From the NCBI GenBank assembly GCA_030390025.1, contig CM059432.1, positions 141,982,001 through 142,046,000 on the forward strand: 64,000 nt of DNA, in the 5' to 3' direction. This DNA is from Squalus acanthias. Taxonomy: Eukaryota. The notes beneath the pieces were generated by a model, which saw only the letters and a list, made by a program, of their open reading frames with translations, was not told the origin of the DNA and searched no databases. This document shows, piece after piece, positions 1 through 12,404 of this stretch. Position 1 is the first letter of the stretch. Each line of letters starts with the position of its first letter. The translations under genes were made by a program, and so were the position numbers.

Positions 1-115
1 CTCTCCCCTCCTCTCCTCTCCCCTCCCCTCCTCCCCCCCACCCCTCCCTCTCCTCCCCCCACCCCCTCTCCTCTCACCCTCCTCCCCCCCACCCCCTCTC
101 CTCCCCCCCCCCCCC

Positions 116-615
116 NNNNNNNNNNNNNNNNNNNNNNNNNNNNNNNNNNNNNNNNNNNNNNNNNNNNNNNNNNNNNNNNNNNNNNNNNNNNNNNNNNNNN
201 NNNNNNNNNNNNNNNNNNNNNNNNNNNNNNNNNNNNNNNNNNNNNNNNNNNNNNNNNNNNNNNNNNNNNNNNNNNNNNNNNNNNNNNNNNNNNNNNNNNN
301 NNNNNNNNNNNNNNNNNNNNNNNNNNNNNNNNNNNNNNNNNNNNNNNNNNNNNNNNNNNNNNNNNNNNNNNNNNNNNNNNNNNNNNNNNNNNNNNNNNNN
401 NNNNNNNNNNNNNNNNNNNNNNNNNNNNNNNNNNNNNNNNNNNNNNNNNNNNNNNNNNNNNNNNNNNNNNNNNNNNNNNNNNNNNNNNNNNNNNNNNNNN
501 NNNNNNNNNNNNNNNNNNNNNNNNNNNNNNNNNNNNNNNNNNNNNNNNNNNNNNNNNNNNNNNNNNNNNNNNNNNNNNNNNNNNNNNNNNNNNNNNNNNN
601 NNNNNNNNNNNNNNN
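116..615. other. Assembly gap (500 N) flanked by C/T-rich low-complexity sequence (1-115, 616-720)
   Basis: Run of N; flanks are almost only C and T. Confidence 0.99.
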
Positions 616-913
616 CCTCCCCCTCGCTCTCCCCCTTGCGCTCTCTCTCTCCCTCGCTCTCTTGCCCCACCCCCTAGCTCTCACCCCACATCCCTCGCTC
701 TCTCTCTTCCCCCTCCTTAGTCTGGGCCTGTGTTGGGCCCGTACAGAGAGGCCTGAGGCAGGCCCACATTTGGGCCTGGGGCCTCATCTGCATCTTTGGG
801 GCGAGCTGCCGGGGCTGGTCCGACCTCCACAGGCAGCTCGGCCCACAAGAAAAATTAATTTCAGGCAACGGCCCTCAGGTAAGCTCCGGGAGGGTGAGTT
901 GGATCGAACAATG

Positions 914-1035
914 AAAGAAAGAAAAAAGAAAGACTTGCATTTATATAGCGCTTTTCACGACCATCGGACGTCCCAAAGCGTTTTACAGCCAATGAAGTAC
1001 TTTTTGAAAAGTAGTCACTGTTATAATGTAGGAAA
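914..1035 (-). mobile_element. Deu-type (SacSINE1-like) SINE, 3' fragment
   Basis: Reverse complement of the tail ...AAAGCGCTATATAAATGCAAGTCTTTCTTT shared with the other SINE copies. Confidence 0.85.
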
Positions 1036-1129
1036 TGAGGGGGGTCAATCGGCAGGACTGTGGAGTGGGGCTGGGGGGCGGTGGGATGGGGAAGTGACTC
1101 CTGCTCCTCCTGGCTCCATAGAAAGATTT

Positions 1130-1431
1130 TTTGGTATTTTTTATTTTATTTTAAAATCTCACCTTTAGTTGGCGTCCACAGGGACCGGTGCTGAATCCTG
1201 AGCACTGCCCTGCTCATTGGTAACACATTTTGTAGAGAGGTCCTTCAACACGTGTTAGGCCCCACATTAACATATTTAAGTGGCCTAAAGCCTGTTTTAT
1301 GGGTCTGCCAATTTAGCAGTGGGGCCAACATCTGCGCAGATTAGACGTAGGCTGTCCCGCTGCTAAATTGGTATGCTTTGCGCCCGTTTTACGCCCGAAA
1401 AACCGGTGCAACGCATGCCAGTTTCTACCCC
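1130..1431. mobile_element. Degenerate non-autonomous DNA transposon remnant (Harbinger-like end)
   Basis: Ends in TTTCTACCCC, like the right end of the 30112-31004 element; no left TIR or TSD found. Confidence 0.35.
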
Positions 1432-1796
1432 AAGATTTGCCTACTATTGTATAGCAACCAGAACTCTAGATCAATGCTCTGTGCAAATTCATTATCGGTT
1501 CTTAGCACCTGCGCTCTATCCCTCTTTGACTATGCCCCCAAGAGACTGTGAAGCAGTATTGTTTTATTCGTTAAAGAGGTCTTCACTTCTGAGTTGGGAG
1601 AAATCACAGGCTGATTGATGTTTTGTCATTTTTGAACTTTTAAAGTAGTGCTAGATTTAAAACAATTATGGGGGTACCTATACCTTGAAATTACTGATCA
1701 TTATTTTGTTCATGTGATTCCCAATGGGAAACCTGGCAGTGGAAATTACAGTTCTATGCCTGAATTTTGAAATCCACTTCAAAATTTGCAGGTCCA

Positions 1797-3386
1797 GCAG
1801 CATCAACTTGCACTCTACAGCGCTTTTAACAAAGAAAAACATCCCAAAGCAAGTCACAGAGACATAATCAGACAGAATGGATGCTGAGTCACAGAAGGAG
1901 ATATTAGGAATGGTGATTAAAAGCTTGGTCAAAGAGGTAGGTTTTAAGGAGTGTCTTAAAGGAGGAGGGCGGCGGAGAGGTTTAGGGAGGTAATTCCAGT
2001 GCTCAGGGCCTGGGCGGATGAAGGCATGGCCGCCAATGGTGGGGCAAAGAGGCAGTAGAGGGTTCAAGAGAGGTGATGGAGCTGCCTGTCATCAGCGTAA
2101 ATGTAGAAGCTGACCCTATGTCTACAGATGATGCCGCCAAGGGGCAGTCTGTAAATGAGGAAGAGGGGAGGACCAAGGATAGATCCTTGGGGGATTCTGG
2201 AGGGGGTGGGAAGAGATACCATTGCTGCAGGTGCTGTGGCTACGATTGGATAGGTAAGAGTGGAAGCAAGGAAGCCCCACGGAGCTGGACAATAGAGTAG
2301 AGGTGTTGGAGGAGGATGATGTGGTCGACCGTGTCAAAAGCTGCCGAGGGTGAGGAGGAAAATGCACCACAGTCACAGAGGATGTCATTTGAGTCTTTGG
2401 TAGGGCCGTTTAAGTGCTGTGGCAGGGGTGGAATCCTGATTGGAGAGATTCAAATAAGGAGTTGTGGGAAAGATGGGTATGGATTTAGAAGGTGATAACA
2501 CGTTCAAGGACATTGGAGAGGAAAGGGAGGTTGGAGATGGGGTGCAAAAACGGGCACAAAACATAAGGACAGAGGGTTGAGGATGGGTCTTTGAAGAGGG
2601 GTGTGATGGCAGCAGTTCTGAAAGGAAGGGGAACAGTACTTGGAGAGGGAACCATTTACAATGTTAGCTTGCATGGGTGCCAGGAAAGGAAGTTGGGTGG
2701 TCAGCAGGGAAAAGGGTCAAGGGAACAGGAGTTGGATCTCATGACAAGATCAGCTTGAAGGGGGCATGAGGGAAGATAGGAAAGAAACAAGAAAGATATG
2801 GGAGATTTCTTTGCTCCCCAGGTTGATTCTGGAATAGTGGGTGACAATGTTCTCTTTAACTTTTTTTTGGGTGCACGGCCCATTTTCCTATTTAAAAGCC
2901 AGTGAGCCGGCTGCGCGGGAGCTGCAGAGCGCTACATGGTCACGCGGCTGCGCAGCTTAAAGGGAGCATTGGTGGGTGATTTTGGCAGAGGAGAGTGAGG
3001 CCTGATGGTACTTGAGATGATCCAGCAGATCTGCTCATGGATGGCTAAACCAATTGTGCACCAGATACGCTGAAGTCTGTGGCCTCTTGGACTTGACAGA
3101 GCAAAGATTGGAGAGAATGACCAGGATGGGGGAGGGTAATGGTTTTACTGGAGGCAAGGGCATCAAAGATGGAGGTGAGGGAATGGTTGAGCCAATTGAC
3201 AGCTGCAGGAGTATTGTGGCAAATCGAAACCCAAAGGCTGGGCAATTGGTAGTTTGAAAATGCAGTTGAAGGGATTTGGAAGAGAGCTTTATCCAGGAGC
3301 GGATGTAGAAGGAAATGGGTTTCGAAGCGGGTAGGAGGATGGTGAGGGACACAAGGAAGTGGTCGGAGATGTCTGTGATTGAGACC
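1797..3386 (-). mobile_element. Degenerate L2-clade LINE (ORF2 remnants plus 3' UTR)
   Basis: Frameshifted RT motifs (AAFDTVDH, GSILGPLLF, YADD) and C-terminal GGHAF..PEHWNYLP; 3' tail resembles the SINE tail. Confidence 0.8.
2845..2971. mobile_element. hAT-type MITE, CAATGTTCCCT-TIR family
   Basis: TIRs CAATGTTCTCT / AGGGAGCATTG; perfect 8-bp TSD GTGGGTGA (2837-2844, 2972-2979). Confidence 0.9.
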
Positions 3387-4054
3387 ATGCCTGAATTTGC
3401 AGAACCAATCCTGAATGCGGAGTTTCATGCCTGAATTTGTAGGTCAACATCTGAATTTGCAGGTCTGTTCCTGAATTTAAAGGTTGATGTCTGAATTTGC
3501 TCTCACCAAGACCCAGTAGAAGATTTGGACTCTGAATTTTGAACATTGCTATTGCACCCATGCAGTTGGCACAAGCAATCCATTAGAACATTGCAGAACA
3601 CAATCCTTTCAATGGAAAATCCATGAGACAATCAAATTGCTTCTCTGTAGCTTTAACAGTTATGTATGTTGATTTGGGAATGATGTATCAGATTGAAAGT
3701 TCTTCCCAAATGACAATTTTTTTCTACTTTTCTGATTCCACAAATAAAATATAAATTATTATAACTGTAGTGGGTTTTTTTCTTTTCATTGTTCCTGTCA
3801 CTTTAATAATGTCAACTTAAAAAAAAATAAACCAACTCCAGAAACTTCAAACTGAAATCCTCAAGTCAGGCATGGGATTTGAGAAGAGGAGCGTTCCGCA
3901 TTACCTGTACATCTTTCAGTAAAGATGCCAAAGTCAGTAAATAAGGATGTCACTCCAGTGACATAGAAATTCTTAAATTATAAAAGACTTTGTAAACTGA
4001 CTTTTCATCTGTCTCTGGGCTCTTCTGGAAATGGGCACGCTCAGAACTATTGGG

Positions 4055-4225
4055 ACAATTGGAGCTTTCAAGACTGAGATTGATAAGATTTTTGTTGGGT
4101 AAGGGTATCAAGGGATATAGATCAAAGGCGGGTAAATGGAGTTAAGATACAGATCACCCATGATCTAATTGAATGGCGGAACAGGCTCGAGGGGCTGAAT
4201 GGCATCCTCTTGTTCCTATATTCCC
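4055..4225 (+). mobile_element. CR1 LINE 3' end fragment
   Basis: CR1 3' UTR (…GATCTAATTGAATGGCGGAACAGGCTCGAGGGGCTGAATGG…TTCCTAT), as in other CR1 copies here. Confidence 0.8.
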
Positions 4226-4245
4226 AACGTTTGCTTATTTGTTTT

Positions 4246-4362
4246 CAGTTCTGATGAAGGGTTGCATCTGAAACGTTAACCTGTCTACAGATACTGAGTG
4301 ACCCGTGGAGCATTTCAAGCATTTTCTGCTTTCTTTTGTTTTTGTTGATTTCCAGCATTTCC
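4246..4362 (+). mobile_element. Penelope-like element end fragment with minimal hammerhead ribozyme motif (4248-4280)
   Basis: GTT-CTGATGA-A-GGGT TGC ATCT-GAA-ACGT-T-AAC; homologous to the arms of the 16060-16279 hairpin. Confidence 0.65.
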
Positions 4363-4829
4363 AATTTTTTCTTTATTCTTTTTCTTTTCACCTTTCTTCG
4401 TTCATCCGCATTATTCTTCCTGTTGTTTCCAATGGGAGGTAGTTACTTCCATCTGTGCTTCACTCGGAAGAGAGGAGGAGATATCCCTTCACTCAAACAT
4501 GCTGTCATATTCCGGGCTGGCATAAACTGAGCTGGTCATTCAGTTGACCCTTTTGAGTTGAAGCAACTTCCACTGACTGCATGCAGTGCATCGCAGCTAA
4601 GAGAGGCTGAACATATGGCTCCATGTGTCAATCATGGGCTTTTTTAAAAATCTTAGAATACTTAATGCAGTAGAAGCCTCTTTTAATGGAACACTTATAG
4701 AGGAAGCAAAAACTAACAGGATGTTTACCGATGTCTAGTGCTAATATACAGTCCGCACTACTTACACTGTCCACGCTTATCACGAGCACTCGCCTACATC
4801 GGGTAAATAGCACTAACCATCTACCAGCG

Positions 4830-5291
4830 TCAGCCGTGGCTCAGTAGGTAGCGCGCTTGCCTCTGAGTCAGAAGTTCGTGAGTTCAAAGCCCCACTCCAG
4901 AGACTTGAGCACAAAATCTAGCCTGACACTCCAGTGGAGCACTGAGGGAGCGCTGCACTGTCAGTGCCATCTTTCGGATAAGACGTTGAACCGAGGCCTC
5001 GTCGGCTCTCTCGGGTGAGCGTAAAAGATTCTATCCGCTATTTCCAAGAAGAGCAGGGGAGTTCTCGCTGGTGTCTTGGCCAATATTTATCCCTCAACCA
5101 ATATCACTAAAACAGATGATCTGGTCATTATCACATTGCTGTCTGTGGGACCTTACTATGTGCAAATTGGTTGCCGCGTTTCCTACATTACAACAGTGAC
5201 TACACTTCAAAAGTATTTCATTGGCTGTAAAGCACTTTGGGATGTCCCGAGGTTGTGAAAGACGCTATCTAAATGCAAGTCTTTTCTTTTT
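4830..5291 (+). mobile_element. Full-length tRNA-derived Deu-type (SacSINE1-like) SINE
   Basis: A box TGGCTCAGTAGG, B box GAGTTCAAAGCC, central GAAGAGCAGGGGAGTT..GGTGTCTTGGCCAATATTTATCCCTC core, L2-like tail. Confidence 0.9.
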
Positions 5292-5549
5292 ACCAGTACC
5301 ATAGGAGTCAATATGTTAAGCACCCCAGCTATTTCGGGCAGTTCAATAAGTTCTTCATATTTGTATTTAAATCCCTCCATGGAGCACTCTGTGCCTGTAT
5401 CTGTTTTGAGCCCACGACCTGTCTCATTGTTGACAATCACCCGTTCTGAATTAGAATCCCAGCCTGGTATTCATGCAGTTGGCCTTTTGGTTCCAAACAA
5501 TGGAGCCCAGAATAAAGTGGCCTGGCCCACCACTATTCTGATCCCTCTT

Positions 5550-6335
5550 ATAGGAACAGACGTAGGCCATTCAACCCCTCGAACCTGTTCCGCCATTCAA
5601 TTAGATCATGGCTGATCAGTATCTTAACTCCATCTACCCGCCTTGGTTCCGTATCCCTTAATACCCTTACCTAACAAAAATCTATCAATTTCAGTTTTGG
5701 CGGAGGGGTGGGGGATCTAAATTTAACATCACTGCGCCTGTTTTATGGGCCCAAAACAGGCGCAATGATAAATTTAGCAGAGCGGAGGTCCGCTCCCAAT
5801 CTGCACGAGAGTTCAGGCCACTACTAAATTGGTCCAGGACTTTTTTTTGGCTAACAAAAATCTATCAATCTCAGTTTTGAAATTGTCAATTAACCCCCAG
5901 CCTCAATAGATTTCCACTACCCTTTGTGTGAGGAAGTGCTTCCTGACATCACCCCTGAGCGGCCTCGCTCTAATTTTAAGGTTCTACCCCACTTGTTCTG
6001 GACTCCGCCCCCCACCAGAGGAAATAGTTTCTCTCTATCCACCCTATCAACTCCTTTAATCATCTTAAACACCTCAATTAGATCACCATTTAATCTTCTA
6101 TTCTGGAGGGAATACGAGCCCAGTCTATGCAACCTGTCCTCATAATTTAACCCTTTTAGCCCTGGTATCATTCTGGTGAACCTGCGCTGCACCCCCTCCA
6201 AGGCCAATATATCCTTCCTGAGGTGCGGTGCCCAGAACTAAACGCAGTTACTCCAGATAGGGTCTGACCAGAGCTTTATGCAACTGTATCATAACTTCCA
6301 CCCCTTTGCAATCCAGCCCCCTCGAGATGAAGGCT
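5550..6335 (-). mobile_element. CR1 LINE 3' portion with an ~150-bp insert in the 3' UTR
   Basis: ORF 5917-6207 LEGVQRRFTRMIPGL..YEDRL..GDLIEVFK is the CR1 ORF2 C-terminus. Confidence 0.9.
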
Positions 6336-7317
6336 GTCTATCTTTACTCTCCTGTAAAACAGAATCCCAGTCCCATCGAAGGTTTTTAAGAAGGTGAAAG
6401 AGTATCTGAATCTGTGCTGGAGCCAAACTACCATTTGATCTAGTGCCAGGTTCCAAGGTTTGTTTAGTGCTGGGCATTTGGTCTACTGTACCAAGGCTAA
6501 ATGTGTGGCCCTGAACAGAGCTACTTATTGAAAAGCTCAACTCTGATTAAATATTTTTGATATGGTGAAAATATTATTTTGAAAAAAAAAAGAATTATAC
6601 TTCACTGACATGCAATGTAATATCCCCCATAACAAAAAGGCGAAAATAGTTTTCCAGATTTAAGTAGTAATATGATCACTAAAATATTATACACGGATTA
6701 ATATTTGGAATTTCTAATCACATTCATAGACCAATGGAAGAGCCATATATCTTCATTGCAAAGTTTTGCTTCAAATTGTAAATTCATATCATTTTAGTTA
6801 ATTTGTGGCTATCCGTTTTAGTTTCTGAGACAATAAAGGTGTTAGAGGTAATGTCACCCATAAAGATTATTGCTTTTCAAATCGAAAACACATTGACTTA
6901 ATATCATTTCCCATTCCCACTTTAACCAATCATATTGTAATGCAATTATTCTTTATCTCCTACCATTTTAGTTGCCCTCATTTATTTAATTCCAATTTCA
7001 CTCAGGTTTCTGCTCTTCTACATTACTGTTTCTTTCTGCCAACTTCCTCTCCCCTCTCCTCTCAGTTGCATCAGACATTTACATTTGGAAATGTAAAGGG
7101 TGCATATTCAGGGTCATCTGCAGGTGCAGGTGCAGGTGCAGAATGGATGCAGGGATTGAGAGAGTAGACCCTAGGCGTGTTCTGCGTTAACTTCCTTCTG
7201 CCTTAGCATTGTCCGTTCAGCTGGATGTTCCACGGGAAAGGGAAGCGGAGCCTGCTGCCTTCAGCCTCGCCAGCGCACACTATCACTCACTCTCTTCCCT
7301 CCTCCCTAGCACCAACC

Positions 7318-7644
7318 TAAGGGTTGTCAACCCTCCAGTAATATCCTGGAGTCTCCAGGAATTGGAGATTAATCTCTTGGGCAACCCAGGAGAAAAATAA
7401 TTGCGGTATTTAAAAAAAATCCTTTTCTTTCAACACTTTTGGTTATTAGTTATAAAAATGCTGTATGACTGACAGTCAAGAACCCTCCAATCAGGTAACA
7501 AAAGAGTGTTCACTCTCCAGTTGGCCGTGGGAAGCGGGGCACCTTGTCAATGGACAACCAATGGTGTGGGGGCGGGGCAATTGGAGGGAGGCGGTCATGT
7601 GATGGAACCTCCAGGATTATGTCCAACCAGAGCTGGCAACCCTA
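7318..7644. mobile_element. hAT-type (Blackjack-like TIR) non-autonomous element
   Basis: Ends TAAGGGTTGTCAAC / CTGGCAACCCTA; 8-bp TSD CACCAACC / CACCAAGC. Confidence 0.75.
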
Positions 7645-8269
7645 CACCAAGCCTGGATAGACCGCGTCGATTTTGACTCCCCTTCGCCTGCTGTTAATGG
7701 GGCAGTGTAACGGCCTCAAAATGGGGGTTGGGAGCGTCACCACCTCATTACCACCTGCAACGCGGCCGGCGTCATCTTGAAAGGGGCCTCCCGCAGGGTG
7801 TCCGAAGCGCCCGCCTGTTTCAAGCTATAGTCCCCCTATTTAATATAGAAATCAGGGGTCCTACGACATAAATAGGACCCCGATCGCCATTTGAGGTCAG
7901 AGCCTGCGCCATGCTAACTCCATCCAGTCCCACGGGCGATGGAACCGAAGAACCCGGCCAAAGGTAAGTGTCGAATTATATTTGTGGGCCCCGGAGTAGC
8001 TGGTCGAGGGAACATTCTCAACCTTTTATTGTTAAATTGCCATGTTCTGTTAAGCAGGTTTTAGTAATGCAGTCAATCACTCTCCGTGTGAGACCGCCAG
8101 TGAGGCCCTTGGCAACACTGAACACCATCCCTTGCACCCAGTGTTGCTAGGGCCCCAATGGTGGGAAATACGCTATGCGACCGCCTCCGAATCCGCTGGA
8201 AATTTTGACAAGTGGCAAAGGGGGCGGAGACTCAGCATAACTGTGCCCTGCCCCCAGACTCCTGCCCAG

Positions 8270-8607
8270 GTTGCAGTATTGAGGGGGTGCTGCATTGTCG
8301 GGGATGCTGTCTTTTGGATGAGACGTTAAATTGAGGTCCCGTCTGCCCTCTTGGGTGGAAGATAGAAGAGCAGAGGAGTTATCCCTGGTAACCTGGCCAA
8401 TAGTTATCCTTCAACCAACACCTAAAACAGATTATTTGGTCATTATCACATTGCTGTTTGTGGGACCCTGCTGCGCGCAAATTGAATGCCGTGTTTCCCT
8501 ACATTGCAACAGTGACTACACTTCAAAAAGTACTTCATTGGCGGCAAAGTGCTTGGGGCCATTCTGAGGTCGTGAAAGGCACGATAAAATGCAAGTTCTT
8601 TCTTTTG
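8270..8607 (+). mobile_element. Deu-type SINE, 5'-truncated with internal deletion
   Basis: Core and tail match 4830-5291. Confidence 0.85.
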
Positions 8608-8971
8608 CAGCCATGTATGTTACCTCTAGTAGCTCTGGGTAGTGGCTGTGGAATTATCTGCATTAGTAATCTCAATGCACTCCGGAGCACTTTTTCAGTT
8701 CCAAGATAATCCTTCACGTAAGTGACAGGCCAGGAGGCTGTCTGGGGAGATCTGATGGTCAGGCTCTTTGCTTAAAATCAATCAGACATCTGCAACTAAT
8801 GCAGCTGAGAGTCTCCTCAGGAAGTATTAGGTTATTAGCTTCTGCTGGCAGGGCAGCTAAAATATCATTTATGGGATGGAACATACAAAAATTACTGCCC
8901 GACAGGGAGAAGCAGAAACCAGCCTATCTGATCTTTGATAGTACCAAGTAACTATTTACTGATCGTTTTAA

Positions 8972-9378
8972 AGAACATAAGAAATAGGAGCAGGAGTAGA
9001 CCATTCGGCCCTTCGTGCCTGCTCCGCCATTCAATAAGATCATGGCTGATCTTCTACCTCAACTCCACTTTCTTGCACTATCCCTTATGCCTTGATTCCC
9101 TCAATATCCAAAAATCTATCGATCTCTATCTTGAATATACTCAACGACTGAGCATCCACAGCCCTCAGGGGTAGAGAATTCCAAAGATTCACAGTCCTCT
9201 GAGTGAAGAAATTTCTCCTCATCTCCCTCGACCCCTTATCCTGAGACTATGACTCCTAGTTCTAGACTCTCCAGCCAGGGGAAACAGCCTCTCAGCATCT
9301 ACCCTGTCAATCCCCCTCAGAATCTTAAGATGTTTCAATGAGATCACCTCTCATTCTTCTGAATTCCAGAGAATATTG
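8972..9378 (-). mobile_element. CR1 LINE 3' fragment
   Basis: AAGAACATAAGAAATAGGAGCAGGAG tail plus ORF2 C-terminal remnant. Confidence 0.85.
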
Positions 9379-9521
9379 GCAAATTCTACTCAATTAATGT
9401 TACTAAAGCTTACCTGTTGGTTGTCATCCTGTTTGATGGGTAAAGATTTCGGAACGGATGCTGCTGGAATGGGCAACACCTCCACACTGGACTGCAGAGG
9501 TTTAAGAGGAAAGCCCACCAC

Positions 9522-9682
9522 CAATGTTCCCTATAAGCTGCATGCATGCGCGGCCACGCAGCAATCGGGAAGGTACCGCGCAGGCCGCAAACAAGCTGTT
9601 CCCTGTAAGATACCACGCATGTGCGACTATGCAGCAAATTTAAAGGTATCACGCGCACAAAAAAAATTTAGAGGGAACATTG
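9522..9682. mobile_element. hAT-type MITE, CAATGTTCCCT-TIR family
   Basis: TIRs CAATGTTCCCT / AGGGAACATTG; perfect 8-bp TSD CCCACCAC. Confidence 0.92.
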
Positions 9683-9685
9683 CCC

Positions 9686-9768
9686 ACCACCACTTTCTCA
9701 AGGGCAACTAGGGATGGACAATAAATGCTGGCCTTGCCAGCGACGCTCACATCCCGCGAATAAATTTT
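9686..9768 (+). mobile_element. 3' tail fragment of the Zenon-like LINE (or of a SINE sharing its tail)
   Basis: CTCAAGGGCAACTAGGGATGG..AATAAATGCTGGCCTTGCCAGCGACGC..ACATCCC matches the 3' ends at 19333 and 34057. Confidence 0.75.
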
Positions 9769-9947
9769 TAAGAACCGCGACCCGGTGAGACATCCACCTG
9801 ATGTTCTGCACCTGGCCATTCTCCCGGCAAAGTCCAGTTTCATCTGAATTTTGTACTCAATGGGGGTTTCTTACCTGCACAGTGGCTACCTTTGGGGTTA
9901 CGCAAGCACAGTAATATGATTCCCTGAATACTACTTCAGCAAACTAA

Positions 9948-10402
9948 GTAAAAACTTGCATTTATACAGCGCCTTCCATGACCTCATGACGTCCCAAAGC
10001 TCTTTACAGCCAATGAAGTACTTTTGAAGTGTAGGCACTGTTGTAAATGTAGGAAACGTGGCAGCCAATTTGCACGCAGCAAGGTCCCACAAACAGCAAT
10101 GTGATAATCTGTTTTTTAGTAATGTTGATTGAGGGATAAATATTGGCCAGGACACCAGGGATAACTCCCCTGCTCTTCTTCGAAATACTGCCATGGGATC
10201 TTTTACGTCCACCTGAGAGAGCAGACGGGGTCTTGGTTTAACGTCTCATCTGTAAGACCGTACCCTCTGACAGTGGAGCACTCTCTCAGTACTGCAATGG
10301 GAGTGTCAACCTGGATTATGTGTTCACATCCTAGGAGTCGGGCTTGAACCCACAACCTTCTGACTCAGAAGCAAGAGTGTTATCCACTGAGCCACGGCTG
10401 AC
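9948..10402 (-). mobile_element. Full-length Deu-type SINE
   Basis: Reverse complement of head (GTCAGCCGTGGCTCAGTGG, GGGTTCAAGCCC), core and tail. Confidence 0.9.
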
Positions 10403-11104
10403 ACCTAATGCTGAGGGGCGGGGAGAGGTTTCTCACCTGCACATTGGCTGCCTTTGGGAATACGCAAGCACGGAGGTGCAGTTCCTGAGTTCTACTGCAG
10501 CAAAGTGCAGAATGTTTCTCGTCCTCCTTGTCGCACTGCACCCAGAGATAATACTGTGGAACTCGAGACAAAAACATAAACAACAGCGGCCGACCACACA
10601 GTTGGATAAAGCAGTGCCCAGGTGATGAAACTGAGGTAAAGAGTGACAAGTCATAGTCACAGCGCACTGTAATGATGCAGAGTGTTCAATATGTTCCAAT
10701 TACTGTAAATTATTTATTTTGCGTTTTGCCTGAGAAGCAGAATCTGTTTAGTTTAGGTGTGAGGTTTTTAAGATCAGTTACAAATGCAAGCATGGGCGAG
10801 GAGCAAAGAGGACTGCCTTGTCCAGTCTTGCAAGGTTAGCTCCACCTCCTAATTTTAATAGGCTCCCCAACAATTATGTCGTGAGTGCAGGGAGAGCAGG
10901 TGGCACAGGTTAGGCAGACGGGTGGGAAATCTGGAGAGGCAGCAGCTCTTAAAGGGCCACCGCTTGCTATTGAAGAGGAAGAGATTTTTTTAATGCGGCG
11001 AAAGTTTTTTTTGCAATGCAATAAGCTGTGATTGCTGGGTGAAAGGTTTAAGAACTGTGCAGTGCTGAATAAAGTCTGGAAGCTGAGATGTGGAGATATA
11101 TGTC

Positions 11105-12125
11105 TAAATGGGTTAGAGGAGCAAAGGGATCCAGGGATACAAACACACAAACAGTAAAAGTAGTGACACAGGTTAATAAAACGCAAACAAAGCACTGGGG
11201 TTTATTTCTAAAGAAAGAAAGAAAGACTTGCATTTTTAAACCACCTTTCATGACCACCGGACGTCTCAAAGCGCTTTACAGCCAATGAAGTACTTTTGAA
11301 GTGGAGTCACTGTTGTAATGTGGGAAACGCGGCAGCCAATTTGCGCACAGCAAGGTCCCACAAACAGCGATGTGCTAATGACCAGATAATCTGTTTTGTT
11401 ATGTTGGTTGAGGGATAAATATTGGCCAGGACACCGGGGTTAACTCCCCTGCTCTTCTTCGAAATAATGCCATGGGATCTTTTACGTCCACCTGAGAGCA
11501 GACAGGGCCTCGGTTTAACGTCTCACCCAAAGGACGAGTAGAATTGAAAAGCAGAGAAGTTATGTTAAACTCATATCAAACCTTGGTTAGACCACGCTTG
11601 ACGTACTGTGCACAGTTCTGGTCTCCATATTATAAAAAGGATATAGAGGAACTGGAGAAGGTGCAAAAAAGATGTACAAGGATGATACCAGAACTGAGAG
11701 GTTATACCTATCAGGAAAGACTGGACAGCCTGGGACTCTTTTCTCTAGAAAAGAGAAGGCTGAGGGGTGATCTGACAGAGGTCTTTAAAATTATAAAGGG
11801 GTTTAATAAGGTAGATAAATAGAAGAACAAAACTAGGGGCCATAAATATAAGGTAGTCACTAATAAATCCAATAAGGAATTCAGCAGAAACTTCTTTACC
11901 CAGAGAGTGGTTAGAATGTGGAACTCGCTACCGCATGGAGTAGTTGAGGCAAATAGCATAGATTCGTTTAAGGGGAAGCTAGACAAATACAAGGGCAAAA
12001 GGAATAGCAGGATATGTTGATAGGGTGAGATGAAGAAGGGTGGGAGGAGGCTCGTGCGGAGCATAAACACCAGGATCGACCAGTTGGACCAAATGAGCTG
12101 TTTCTGTGCTGTACATTCTATGTAA
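11105..12125 (+). mobile_element. CR1 LINE 3' portion, interrupted by a SINE
   Basis: ORF 11544-11822 LVRPRLTYCAQFWSPY..LEKVQKR..GDLTEVFK; tail ATTCTATGT. Confidence 0.88.
11211..11533 (-). mobile_element. Deu-type SINE (core plus tail) nested in CR1
   Basis: Matches 9948-10260. Confidence 0.88.
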
Positions 12126-12404
12126 CTCCCTCTTTTGATGGTGATGCCTTGGGGGTTCTGCTGCAAGAAATGCACCAAGGGGAGGGTGCCATCTTTGGAA
12201 CAGTGAAGTTAGAGGTGCAAGCTGCCAGGAGGGAGGTGACTTTTTAAAAACTCTGGCGCAGACCCACAGGTGCCAGCAGTACCGGGGCAGTTTTATGGGC
12301 CCAAAACAGGCACAGCGATAACAAATTTAGCAGGGCAGAGACCCGCGCCCGATCTGCACGGGAGTTCAGGCCACTGCTAAATTGGTCCAGGCCTTTTTTT
12401 TTGG

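Noticed and set aside
74..670. 198-aa ORF
   Set aside because: Artefact of translating across the N gap
4830..4905. tRNA gene (also the heads near 10400, 13510, 23470, 24110)
   Set aside because: A/B boxes run directly into retroelement bodies; no complete cloverleaf or terminator
5207..8717. Further minus-strand exon candidates (about 5293-5444, 6345-6511, 8625-8772)
   Set aside because: Open frames but weak splice sites and no recognisable protein similarity
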